From: Actinomycetota bacterium
GTDB lineage: Bacteria > Actinomycetota > UBA4738 > HRBIN12
Direction: 5' to 3'
Assembly (NCBI GenBank): GCA_036505195.1
Contig: DASXTX010000052.1
Coordinates: 1,272-65,271, forward strand
Length of the DNA: 64,000 nt
The notes under the pieces were generated by a model that saw nothing but the letters and a program-made list of their open reading frames with translations, did not search any database and was not told the DNA's origin. The position numbers and the translations under genes are program-made. Positions 28,315-36,852 of the stretch are shown one piece after another (position 1 is the stretch's first letter; each line of letters opens with the position of its first letter).

Positions 28315-29076
28315 GTGCGCGTTGTCACGTGGAACATGGACCACTGGAAGCATCCCAGGAAGTCGAGTGAGGCGTGGGCTTTTCTCCTCGACGAGCTCCG
28401 TCCCGACATAGCCCTGCTGCAAGAGGCGGTGATTCCAGGTGACGTCCGGCATGACCCCCTGTGGACGCACGCTCGTGAGCGAGGGACCTCCTTGAAGGAG
28501 CTTGCGTGGGGCTCAGCCATACTCTCCCGCGTCGGAACGCCGGCTACGCACCTTGTCATCAGCCCCGAGGACATCGCAAAGAGGGGGGCTGTGCAGGTTG
28601 CGAGTTGCAACATCGCCGGAATCGGCGAGACAACCATAGTGAACATCCATTCACGTCTTGATGACGACAAGCGGGCCGTGCAGAAAGTCATACCGAATCT
28701 CCGCAAGACTTTCGAGATGGTTCTCCCAGCCCTGGGCGAGCGATTCATCGTCGGTGGAGACCTCAACACAGCGAGGTCGCTGGACAGGGTATACGGGCAG
28801 AAGTACGGGCACGGGGACTTCTGGCGCGAAATGGACGCGGGCATCCTGAGAGAGTCGCTCCCTGGCGAGAACGGGGAGCGCCAGTCCTATTGGGGAATCG
28901 CCAAGGGGCCGACCGCGGGCATCCTTCAGGATGACCACCTCTTCTTCGATGCCGAGACATTCAAGCTCGTCAGCGAATCCCGCGTTTGGGACACTCCGCA
29001 AATCCGAGAGCTAAGTGACCATGGTCCAATCGTGGTGGACCTCGACCTCAGCGCCGGTCGAGGCTCAGACACGTGA
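28315..29076 (+). CDS. cassette 7, gene 1: endonuclease/exonuclease/phosphatase (EEP, DNase-I-like) family protein
   Basis: 253-aa ORF: MRVVTWNMDHW.., ..DIALLQE.., ..GGDLN.., ..LSDHGPIVVDL (EEP catalytic motifs). Confidence 0.75.
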   Translation: MRVVTWNMDHWKHPRKSSEAWAFLLDELRPDIALLQEAVIPGDVRHDPLWTHARERGTSLKELAWGSAILSRVGTPATHLVISPEDIAKRGAVQVASCNIAGIGETTIVNIHSRLDDDKRAVQKVIPNLRKTFEMVLPALGERFIVGGDLNTARSLDRVYGQKYGHGDFWREMDAGILRESLPGENGERQSYWGIAKGPTAGILQDDHLFFDAETFKLVSESRVWDTPQIRELSDHGPIVVDLDLSAGRGSDT

Positions 29077-29579
29077 CGAGCGACCAAGCCAGCCCGCTGG
29101 TTGGCGACCTGAGAGACACATGGAACTCCCACTACGCGGAGAATCTCTTCGAACACGTATTCATCGCGGAGGTTCTCCAGGAGTGCGCCTTCGTTCGCAA
29201 GCAGAGGGTGGAGGTCCTTCGAGCAGAGGTTGATGAGTCCGGCTATGACCTCGTTCTCTCGCTGGGCAAGGTCACCCGGCACGTTCAACTGAAGGCCAGC
29301 GCCAGGGGTGGCTCAACCAAGTCCGTCATGGTGAACGAGGCTCTTCAAGAGCACATCGGCGGGTGCGTCGTCTGGATGCTTTGGACCGAGGACGAGGACC
29401 ACCGATGCGACTTCACGTACCGCTTCTTCGACACAGCGGTAAAGCCACTCCCCTCAAAGGTCGCGAAGAACCGGAAGACCAAGGAGCCGAAACCCAACAT
29501 GCGGGTCGTCACTCCGTCGCAGTTCGAGAGAGCAAGCACTGTGGGAGAGCTGGCCTTGCTGCTGTTCGGACCACCATGA
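29073..29579 (+). CDS. cassette 7, gene 2: hypothetical protein, possible PD-(D/E)xK-like fold
   Basis: 168-aa ORF overlapping gene 1 by ATGA. ..EVDESGYDLVLSLGKVTRHVQLK.. looks like a D...(E/Q)-x-K nuclease core. Weak. Confidence 0.45.
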   Translation: MTSDQASPLVGDLRDTWNSHYAENLFEHVFIAEVLQECAFVRKQRVEVLRAEVDESGYDLVLSLGKVTRHVQLKASARGGSTKSVMVNEALQEHIGGCVVWMLWTEDEDHRCDFTYRFFDTAVKPLPSKVAKNRKTKEPKPNMRVVTPSQFERASTVGELALLLFGPP

Positions 29580-29722
29580 CCTCGCCATCTTCCCCCGCAT
29601 AGCGCCACCGGGGGACGCGTTCAGAACCGCCGCAGGGGGGCGATACCTCTTCCCTTCCGGTTGTCTTCCCACTCTCGGCACCGACTAGGCTTCATGTGGT
29701 ACGTGATAGCTGGGAGAGCGCG

Positions 29723-30628
29723 ATGCCAGAGATAACTGCAGAACGGACCGGCGAGTTGATGCGAGGAGTGTTTCGCGTGCTGCTCAATGAGCCCGAAGGG
29801 GTGCAAGCACGTGAGGTTCTCCGGCGAGTTGAGCAAGTCATTCCGCCAACTGAGTTCGAAGCCGCCGATTACCCAAATCGCCCCGGAGTAAGGCGGTACG
29901 AGAAGATAGTCCGCTTCGCCTCTATCCGTCCCGTAAAGGCTGGCTGGCTCGTGAAGGATGGAGGGAAATGGACGCTGACGCCCGAGGGGCGTTCGGCCTA
30001 CGAACGCTATTCCGACCCCGGGGCGTTCACGCGTGAAGCAAGGCGGCTGTATCGGGCATGGAGGCTCGAACAGTCTGACGCTTCCGGCGACGTCGCTGAT
30101 ACAGACGAAGAAGCAGCAGACGAAGTAGCCCCCGACCCGAGAACCACGCTAGAGGAAGCCGAAGAGAACGCTTGGAGCGCCATCGCTGATTATCTGGCCC
30201 GTATGCCACCCTTCGAATTCCAAGACCTAGTGGCGGCGTTGCTGCGTGCGATGGGCTACCACATCGCTTGGACGGCGCCGCCTGGGCCAGACCGAGGCAT
30301 AGACATTGTTGCGTTCCAGGACCCCCTTGGCGCGACCAGTCCTCGAATAAAGGTGCAGGTCAAACGACGAGCAGGACGCATCCCCGCCGACGAACTTCGG
30401 TCGTTTATGGCAGTCCTCGGACAAGATGAGGTGGGTATCTACGTCTCAATCGGCGGGTTCACGAGCGACGCGGAGGTCGAGGCGAGAGGCCAAGAGCGCA
30501 GAAGCGTGACGCTGATTGACATGAGGAGACTCGTGAGTCTGTGGATTGAACATTATGACCGACTGATTGAGGAGGACCGCTCGCTTCTCCCATTGAAACC
30601 CGTTCACTTCCTTACCGCTGCGCTGTGA
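29723..30628 (+). CDS. mrr: cassette 7, gene 3: Mrr-family (type IV) restriction endonuclease
   Basis: Start at MPEITAERT (GGGAGAG upstream). N-terminal Mrr_N-like winged helix (..KIVRFASIRPVKAGWLVKDGGKWTLTPEG). C-terminal FEFQDLVAALLRAMGY..GPDRGIDIVAF..IKVQVKR catalytic core. Confidence 0.8.
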   Translation: MPEITAERTGELMRGVFRVLLNEPEGVQAREVLRRVEQVIPPTEFEAADYPNRPGVRRYEKIVRFASIRPVKAGWLVKDGGKWTLTPEGRSAYERYSDPGAFTREARRLYRAWRLEQSDASGDVADTDEEAADEVAPDPRTTLEEAEENAWSAIADYLARMPPFEFQDLVAALLRAMGYHIAWTAPPGPDRGIDIVAFQDPLGATSPRIKVQVKRRAGRIPADELRSFMAVLGQDEVGIYVSIGGFTSDAEVEARGQERRSVTLIDMRRLVSLWIEHYDRLIEEDRSLLPLKPVHFLTAAL

Positions 30629-30683
30629 TTAAGTCGGAACTCGTGCGATTCGGTCGTAGCCAGGAAGCCCTTCCTTCGAGGCA

Positions 30684-30755
30684 CCGGACTTGGGAGCACC
30701 CGCTCCACGTCCAGCGAGGCGCAGCCTTCGGCGCTGAGCGTACTGCGACGGGCAG
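30684..30755 (+). repeat. cassette-boundary repeat R8
   Basis: CCGGACTTGGGAGCACCCGCTCCACGTCCAGCGAGGCGCAGCC...GCGTACTGCGACGGGCAG. Confidence 0.8.
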
Positions 30756-31025
30756 ATTGCCGGGCATCGGCCGAAGGTCGGTGCTGCGCAAGAGCCGAGC
30801 GCACGGCTCGAGTCACCTCCTCCCCTCTGGTCACGTCACTCCGGAGCTTCGTAGGCACGGGCGGTGCCTCAACGGACCACTTCACGATGGGCCACATCGC
30901 AGACCCGGCCTCAGTCCTTCTCGCCTACGTGCCGACGGTTCTATAGTGGCCAACCCAAAGTTCATGACAGGGCGCCCCGAAATGAAGTCACAAATGCCGG
31001 CGAGGCTGACCAGAGGAAGTGGCTG

Positions 31026-31745
31026 ATGAGGCGGACCGACTTTCGCCTTGCCTCCATTTACATCTCGTGCTCTTTGGTCGAGGGAGCGGTCGACGGTCAG
31101 CAGGCCTATAGAGCCCTTCTGACTCAGTTTGGCTCCGAATACGACGGTGAGTCCTTCTCCCTGCCCGTCCCTTCGGAGGTTCCTGTTCCACCCGAGGTGG
31201 CAACCGCCTCCCTTTCGAGCAAGGACAGAACTCAAACCGCGGAGTTCGGGCGTGGCCGGGTAGCGTTTCGCTGGTCAGCGTCCGACGAGACCAGTCCGAC
31301 GCTCCCCACCGTCGCCACGAGCGTTAGAGAACGGCTTGCCGCCTTCATCGCTCCTGATGCCATAGTGGTCAGTCGCATAGGAGTTGTGGTGACCTTCTTC
31401 GCCGAGGTCCAAAGACCCGGCGAAGCAATCGCTGAAGCGTTCGTCGAGTCGAAGTTCCGTTCTCGTGCACTGGATGACATCGGAGCTCTCGAAATTCACG
31501 TCTTTAGGATGCGTTCACTCCTTGACCGCAACGTCGCAACAAACCACTGGACCCGCGTGCGTTCAGTGAAGTCATCAGGCAACGAATATGACGCCATCAC
31601 GTTCGAGCAGGACTTGAACACGCGAACAGAAGACGCGAGCGAAAGTCGGTTCACTATTGCTGATATCAGCGGTTTCGTTTCGGAACTTGACGAAGTAGTG
31701 GAACGGACGTTCTTGGACTATTGGGGAGACGCGACTGATGAGTGA
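31026..31745 (+). CDS. cassette 8, gene A: hypothetical protein
   Basis: Start set at MRRTDF (ATG 31026, GAGGAAG upstream). 239 aa. No family recognised. Confidence 0.5.
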   Translation: MRRTDFRLASIYISCSLVEGAVDGQQAYRALLTQFGSEYDGESFSLPVPSEVPVPPEVATASLSSKDRTQTAEFGRGRVAFRWSASDETSPTLPTVATSVRERLAAFIAPDAIVVSRIGVVVTFFAEVQRPGEAIAEAFVESKFRSRALDDIGALEIHVFRMRSLLDRNVATNHWTRVRSVKSSGNEYDAITFEQDLNTRTEDASESRFTIADISGFVSELDEVVERTFLDYWGDATDE

Positions 31746-32532
31746 GGAAACGCTCACGAAGTCGTTTACTCCCAGTGACTCGGTCTTCCGGGTAGGGGAC
31801 CTGTCTCCTTCGGGTGGTTTCGAGACGGGAAGACCACAACAGGGGGGTGCAATTGCTCTTTGGCATGCAGTCGTCGAGAGACTGGCCTCAGCGCCGCAGG
31901 ATGAGCTAGCTTCCGCCTATGTGAAGGAACTCTTGCCAGACGTGTTAGTCGAACTGGCGAGTTGGAGTCCCGGACAGACTTTCGCGAGGTTTCAGAGGAT
32001 GTGGTCGTCTACACAGCTTCACCGCTCGAGCGCGACCTGGCCCCTTGCACCTCTCGACTTCGACTATGTGAAGTTGGCCTACCGGGTGTTGCAAATTTCG
32101 CGGCGTGAAGCGCACGAGTGGTGGGACCGAGAGAGCACGTCGACAGCGAGCGACTCAGCGGTTCCGCTTGCGAGAAGTTTTCAGCGTCTTGGACAGCTCG
32201 CCCAGCTCGAGCCCAACTGGGACTCATATGGTGGGTTGCCTTTGGCTCAACCCGCAATGGCTGCGGCAGCAAGCCTCGTGCTTCGAGCGAGGGAGGATAG
32301 AGACGCAACAACGGCGGAGCCCTTTCACATCGCCCCGCTGTCTGATGGCGGCATTCAAGTCGAGTGGCGCAGCTTGAGGGGCGCTCTCGAAGTTGACATC
32401 AGTCCGCGGTCTGAGCTTGGTTTCCTCCTGGTCAGAGGCACAGGTGACTCCAGGACATTCGAGGAAGAGGAAGGTGTCACGCCCGACAGGGTTGTGGGCC
32501 TGCTCGAGTGGCTCCTTTCATCCAACGAGTGA
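31738..32532 (+). CDS. cassette 8, gene B: hypothetical protein
   Basis: 264-aa ORF overlapping gene A by 8 nt. No family recognised. Confidence 0.5.
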   Translation: MSEETLTKSFTPSDSVFRVGDLSPSGGFETGRPQQGGAIALWHAVVERLASAPQDELASAYVKELLPDVLVELASWSPGQTFARFQRMWSSTQLHRSSATWPLAPLDFDYVKLAYRVLQISRREAHEWWDRESTSTASDSAVPLARSFQRLGQLAQLEPNWDSYGGLPLAQPAMAAAASLVLRAREDRDATTAEPFHIAPLSDGGIQVEWRSLRGALEVDISPRSELGFLLVRGTGDSRTFEEEEGVTPDRVVGLLEWLLSSNE

Positions 32533-32900
32533 GTGACCCCGAAGTCGTTTTGGTTACTGAAGCCGACGAGCTCTACCGGAGGCTGCATTGGACCGCCGTT
32601 CGAGATGGCGAAGTCCTGTCTGTTGCGTATAAGAGGTCGGGAAAGCCAGCCTCCACGTTCTCAGTCGACATCGCGAGGCTCACCACACCTGAAACCTCCG
32701 TGGGGCTTGGACCTGCGGGCTCGGGAGTGGGGATTTTGGTGGCGGGAGTGCCGATGGGTTTGGGTTTCAGCGTGACTCACTCCCCAGAGATGGGGAACGA
32801 TGCTCACGCAAATGTCACCGGCGACAATACGAAGCAGAAGTGCAGACTACTTGCCGAAGCGACCAACATCCACATCGAACCCGACGCCCCCGAGCAGTAG
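32529..32900 (+). CDS. cassette 8, gene C: hypothetical protein
   Basis: GTG 32529 overlaps the gene B stop as GTGA. The track ORF starts at 32508. About 123 aa. No family recognised. Confidence 0.45.
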   Translation: MSDPEVVLVTEADELYRRLHWTAVRDGEVLSVAYKRSGKPASTFSVDIARLTTPETSVGLGPAGSGVGILVAGVPMGLGFSVTHSPEMGNDAHANVTGDNTKQKCRLLAEATNIHIEPDAPEQ

Positions 32901-33020
32901 CCCGATTATCGCAGGACGTCTGCCTTCAGCTTCGGGACTGCTTGCAACCACCCCCTAGGCATGGCCCTACAGATGGCCCGCCCTCCCCTCCCCAAGCAGA
33001 CAGGAAGCGCGCACCCAAAC

Positions 33021-33087
33021 CACCTGTTCGAACTCCCTGTCCTGCGCAAGGCGCACGCCTACGGTGCCAGAGGTTCTGCGACGGGCA
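33021..33087 (+). repeat. repeat R9 (degenerate; lacks the CCGGACTTAGGA core)
   Basis: ..GAACTCCCTGTCCTGCGCAAGGCGCACGCC...GGTTCTGCGACGGGCAC keeps the central hairpin and the right-end GCGACGGGCA box only. Confidence 0.6.
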
Positions 33088-33198
33088 CCATGCTGAGGCG
33101 CCGTTGACGGCCGAGCACCAGCGGAAGCCGATGCTCAGGCGTTGGCCTGCACATGCCGACGTTTACCGGAAGGGCATCCTCATGCAAGGGGAACGACA

Positions 33199-34962
33199 AT
33201 GGAGACAGGAGCACCCCCGCGGGACCGAATCTCTGAAGGTACGGGCGTTAACGACGGGGGCAATGAGCCGCGAGGCGGATTTACGGAAGAGGAATACGAC
33301 AATCTGGTTTGGAGCCGCGGCATTCGTCGCGAAGTCGCGGAAGGCGCGTTTCTGCGATACCAGCAAGGCGACATCGGCGGGGTCCTGGCCTTCGACCCAA
33401 CCATTGAGCAACGAGAAGCTGAGGAGTTCATCCGCGGGCTAGTGAACAGAGCCCCAGGCCTAGTTCTACGCCGATGGCCTGTACCGGGAGCCGACGAGTT
33501 CATCACAGCTGAACTTCGCCCAGACTGGCCCGTCTGGACCGGAGCAATGCCGTCCTGGACGCGGCGGCATAGTCAACTCGAAGGCCCGGAGCGGTCGAAG
33601 CACGTCATGGGAGACAAGGTGACGGCGGACGACGTTCGAAGGGCTACGACGACCGATGAATACCAGGAGTGGCGAAAGTGGGCACTCGAGAGGTCCTTGT
33701 GCCTAGAGGAGTTCGGAGCCGACCACTTCGGTGTCGACACGGAGGACGACCACCTCCACTTCGGCCCAATCATCGCGAAGTACCTGTTCCAGGCGGCGCC
33801 GCTCATCACCATCGTCGAGCCGGGAACGCCGCACTCCAATGCCGACATGAACGGCTTCTTCCCAAGGTATTACCACCACGAGCGACGGCACACGCGGAAG
33901 AGGACCAGGTCGTTCAAGCACCCGGCCAAGGCCGAGGCGTTCCTGCGAACCGTGCGGGAGAAGTGGTGGGCAAGGCTCGACGAGGTGGTGGGCGCTCGAC
34001 CGTACAAGGTGACGTGGTGGGAGGGCCACTACTCGGACATGGAAGATAAGCGGGAGCTCGCATTCATGGGCGACGTTCTGCACCCGCACTTCATCCGAGT
34101 GAAGGACCGCGACGTTGTGCTGGCGCGAAGGCTGAGCATTCATCCCATGAGCCGAGAGAGGCTGCAGGAGGTCCACCGGGTGTTCTTCGCGTTGGAGGGT
34201 TGCCTAAAGGAGGCGGCGCTCGTCAGCGCTGGCGAGACAACATTCTCCTGCCCGAGCGTGAGCCTGTGGAACGCCTCGGAGCTCGAGAACTTCGCTAGGC
34301 ATCACCTCGGCGGCAAACGCGTATTCGTCGTCTGCGACAGCGATTGGGACCGAGCGGATGACGACTCGGTGGTTCTGCAAGCCCTCCTTGCGCGCGACCG
34401 ACTGAGGTCCTTCGGCATAGACGCTCATGCCGCGGCACCGCCTCCCGGCGGCAAGGCCTGCGAACACAAGGATAAGAAGCACGGAGTGGATGACCACCTG
34501 GGACCATGTCCCGGAGAAGGGACTGTGGACGACTTGCTGGTCATCGTGCGAGAGGCCGCCCAGGGTCTCACGGAGTGGCTGGCCAACCATCCTCCTCGTG
34601 GCGACACAAGGAATCGCGCCGATGGTCGCAAACGTGATGGCTTCATCCTTCGATGGCTGTCGACGCACGCCGGCAGCGACGGGGTCACGACCGTCTCCGA
34701 CGCAACTATTGCCAAAGCGCTCCAGCCGCAACTCGGCTCGCCGACCACCGACGCTGCTCGGCGGGCCGTAGAGCGCGGTATTCGCTCACTCATCAAGCGA
34801 GGAGCCATCGAGGAGGTCGAGCCGCGCAAAGAGCGGGTCCGTTGGCACTTCCGGAAGGAATACCGTGACTGGTCGGCCAAGCTCCGCGTCGCAGAACAGC
34901 TCCGGGGCCGGCAGGCGGTTGTTCGCTTGGGCGATTTTCCCTCGCCGCCGGCCACGCAATAG
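33199..34962 (+). CDS. large element-borne protein with a Toprim/DUF3854-like region; candidate replication/primase protein
   Basis: Start set at METGAPP (ATG 33199, AAGGGGA upstream). The ORF is open from 33142. ..GKRVFVVCDSDWDRADDDSVVLQALLARDRLRSFG.. looks like a Toprim acidic cluster. The C-terminus is wHTH-like (..IAKAL..AARRAVERGIRSLIKRGAIEEV). Confidence 0.5.
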   Translation: METGAPPRDRISEGTGVNDGGNEPRGGFTEEEYDNLVWSRGIRREVAEGAFLRYQQGDIGGVLAFDPTIEQREAEEFIRGLVNRAPGLVLRRWPVPGADEFITAELRPDWPVWTGAMPSWTRRHSQLEGPERSKHVMGDKVTADDVRRATTTDEYQEWRKWALERSLCLEEFGADHFGVDTEDDHLHFGPIIAKYLFQAAPLITIVEPGTPHSNADMNGFFPRYYHHERRHTRKRTRSFKHPAKAEAFLRTVREKWWARLDEVVGARPYKVTWWEGHYSDMEDKRELAFMGDVLHPHFIRVKDRDVVLARRLSIHPMSRERLQEVHRVFFALEGCLKEAALVSAGETTFSCPSVSLWNASELENFARHHLGGKRVFVVCDSDWDRADDDSVVLQALLARDRLRSFGIDAHAAAPPPGGKACEHKDKKHGVDDHLGPCPGEGTVDDLLVIVREAAQGLTEWLANHPPRGDTRNRADGRKRDGFILRWLSTHAGSDGVTTVSDATIAKALQPQLGSPTTDAARRAVERGIRSLIKRGAIEEVEPRKERVRWHFRKEYRDWSAKLRVAEQLRGRQAVVRLGDFPSPPATQ

Positions 34963-35016
34963 ATGTGCAGGACGGCAAAGGGGCAGGACTAGGCCCCCGA
35001 CAGAAGGGAACGGCCA

Positions 35017-35184
35017 TTGGAAGAGCTCGTGGAACTCACGCACGAGGAAGAGCGCACGCTGCTCAAGGAGCGGAACGCGAAGGCCCGCGAGGCCATCAAC
35101 ACGCTCATCGCGGAAAACCAGCGGCTCAAGGCGGAAAACCAGCGGCTCAAGGCGCTGCTCGAGCAGGCGGGGGTGGCGGAGTGA
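35017..35184 (+). CDS. small coiled-coil protein (55 aa, TTG start)
   Basis: My own translation: LEELVELTHEEERTLLKERNAKAREAINTLIAENQRLKAENQRLKALLEQAGVAE. Below the track's size cutoff. Contains a perfect 21-nt tandem duplication. Confidence 0.35.
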   Translation: MEELVELTHEEERTLLKERNAKAREAINTLIAENQRLKAENQRLKALLEQAGVAE

Positions 35185-35297
35185 ACGGCCTCCTGCGGCC
35201 ACCCAGTGTGTCCAAGACTCCGCCAACCCAGGACACTGCGACGCTGGTCTGGGCAACGACCTCATCCTCGGAGTCCTCATAGCTGTTTCTCGTCGGG

Positions 35298-35735
35298 GTG
35301 TTCCTCCTCTACTTCTGGTTCCGCAACTGGTTCGACTCCCGCCCTGCGAGGGTGAAGGCGCGGAACCGGGCGTGGGAGTCCCAGAACCAGAAGCGTGAGG
35401 CTGGACGCCTTGCGCTCATCGCGCAGAGGAAAGCGAGGGACGAGGCCATTGCCAAGCGCCTCGTTGAGCTCAAGGAGGAGACGCATGAGGAGCTGACGAA
35501 ACGACCGGAGATGGCCCCGCGCACGACGTGGGAGGGGTACTCGCGCCGGCGGGCGGAAGCCCGGTTCGCGGCGGAGGAGAAGAACCTGACGCCGCGGAGC
35601 GCGAGAAGGCACAGGAATCTCGGCGCTGGGGGTAGTAGACCGAGACCCGGTGGTCGTGGAGTACGAAGCAGAACTAGAGCGGAAGCGCGTGCGCCGAGCC
35701 GAACGAGCCGCAGGGGAGGCGCGGCGGGCGGATGA
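35298..35735 (+). CDS. hypothetical basic protein
   Basis: 145-aa ORF whose N-terminal 80 aa look protein-like and whose Arg/Gly-rich tail is suspicious. It may continue by frameshift into 35650-35913. Confidence 0.3.
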   Translation: MFLLYFWFRNWFDSRPARVKARNRAWESQNQKREAGRLALIAQRKARDEAIAKRLVELKEETHEELTKRPEMAPRTTWEGYSRRRAEARFAAEEKNLTPRSARRHRNLGAGGSRPRPGGRGVRSRTRAEARAPSRTSRRGGAAGG

Positions 35736-35913
35736 GCGTGCGAGCCGAGGACCAGAAGAGCAAGCGCGCATAGACGAGGCGGTCGAGCGCTACGGCATGC
35801 TCCGTGCGCCGCTGGCCGAGCGCAAGGCCTGGTTCGCGCAGGCCGACGAGGAAGACCGCTGGGAGTTCCTAGCCCAGGGAGGGTTCGACGACGAGGTGTA
35901 TGACGACGCGTAG
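35650..35913 (+). CDS. hypothetical acidic/helical protein
   Basis: 87-aa ORF (GTG start): ..EYEAELERKRVRRAERAAGEARRADE..WFAQADEEDRWEFLAQGGFDDEVYDDA. Confidence 0.3.
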   Translation: MVVEYEAELERKRVRRAERAAGEARRADERASRGPEEQARIDEAVERYGMLRAPLAERKAWFAQADEEDRWEFLAQGGFDDEVYDDA

Positions 35914-36852
35914 GAGGTTCCAGGGCGCGAAGCGCGTTGACGACGCCAGCGAGTAGCGGCTGGCCCCGCCTGCAGGCCATAGGTGTCCTATATGGAAGAA
36001 GGGAAACGGCTGGCCTGCTGGTCGGGCGAACGCCTCGGTTCGCCTCACGGGGCAAACCTCAATGGCAGCCATGACCCGAGGGTACGAACCAGCAGGGCAC
36101 AAATGCCAGGCTCCGTCCGGCTCTTTGAGGACACGGCGGTGGGAGCGGTCTGGGAAACCACGCCCTGTAGAACGTCGCGTCTAGGTTCTGCTCTGACGAC
36201 CTGGACCTCACGAAGTCCGCATTGGCCATAGGTGTCGCTAATTGACGGCGTAGGACTGAAGCAATCGTTCCGAAACACGGCGGGAAGGAGGTTCTCCTGC
36301 TCTAAGCCCTCACAGAAGGGAAGGCCGGACCACAACGCGCACCTCCACGTTAGGGACGGGGATGAAAGGCGCTGGCTGCTCCCCCAAGTCCTGCCCAATG
36401 CGAGCTTTTGAGACTAGGACATTGGAGTTTTTCGGAGTCCTTCTGATGCCACGTAGCGTGGCTCGTCGCTTGCTTCGCACCCTCTCCAACTCAGGCTGTT
36501 GCCCGCTCGGCGCTCGTGCTAAAGGGCGGTGGCGCGGCGCCCGGAGCGCCCAGACTCCCTGCACCAGCCCACATGGACGCTTCCGCTCGCGAGTTTGCGT
36601 GGCGATGGCGCCGATTAGGCCGTCTACTAGGGAAAAGAGCTCCCAAACAGCAGGCGTAAGCTGTGCGCGAACACAGCTCGAAGCAGACGTTGAACATGCC
36701 TCGAACAGGTCGCGAACGAGCGCACCGAGCGTAGGCGATTTCGAATTCGCAAGACGAGGCATCCCGCGACCACGCGAAGACTAGAGCTCCGCGCACGTTG
36801 CGCCAGGCCGCTACCCAGCAGAACGACCGCGCTGGAGCCCCCTAGTCCTTCG

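Noticed and set aside
23432-33087. The ~80-bp repeats as a CRISPR array
   Set aside because: The repeat is about 80 bp, well above the 25-50 bp typical of CRISPR. The 'spacers' are 0.4-2.4 kb and contain full genes. No cas genes are present.
23432-33087. The repeats as classical integron attC sites with an IntI integron
   Set aside because: I could not find the R'' RYYYAAC or R' GTTRRRY boxes at the ends. Primary sequence is far more conserved between copies than among attC sites. Cassettes are in mixed orientation. The only tyrosine recombinase is short, 13-23 kb away and not IntI-like by position. I therefore describe the array as integron-like, not as an integron.
36310-36762. 150-aa minus-strand ORF (and overlapping 36362-36784 on the plus strand) in the gap before the serine recombinase
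   Set aside because: The first ~65 aa could be real, but the remainder is Arg/Pro-rich and the two strands have mutually overlapping ORFs. There is not enough evidence to call either.
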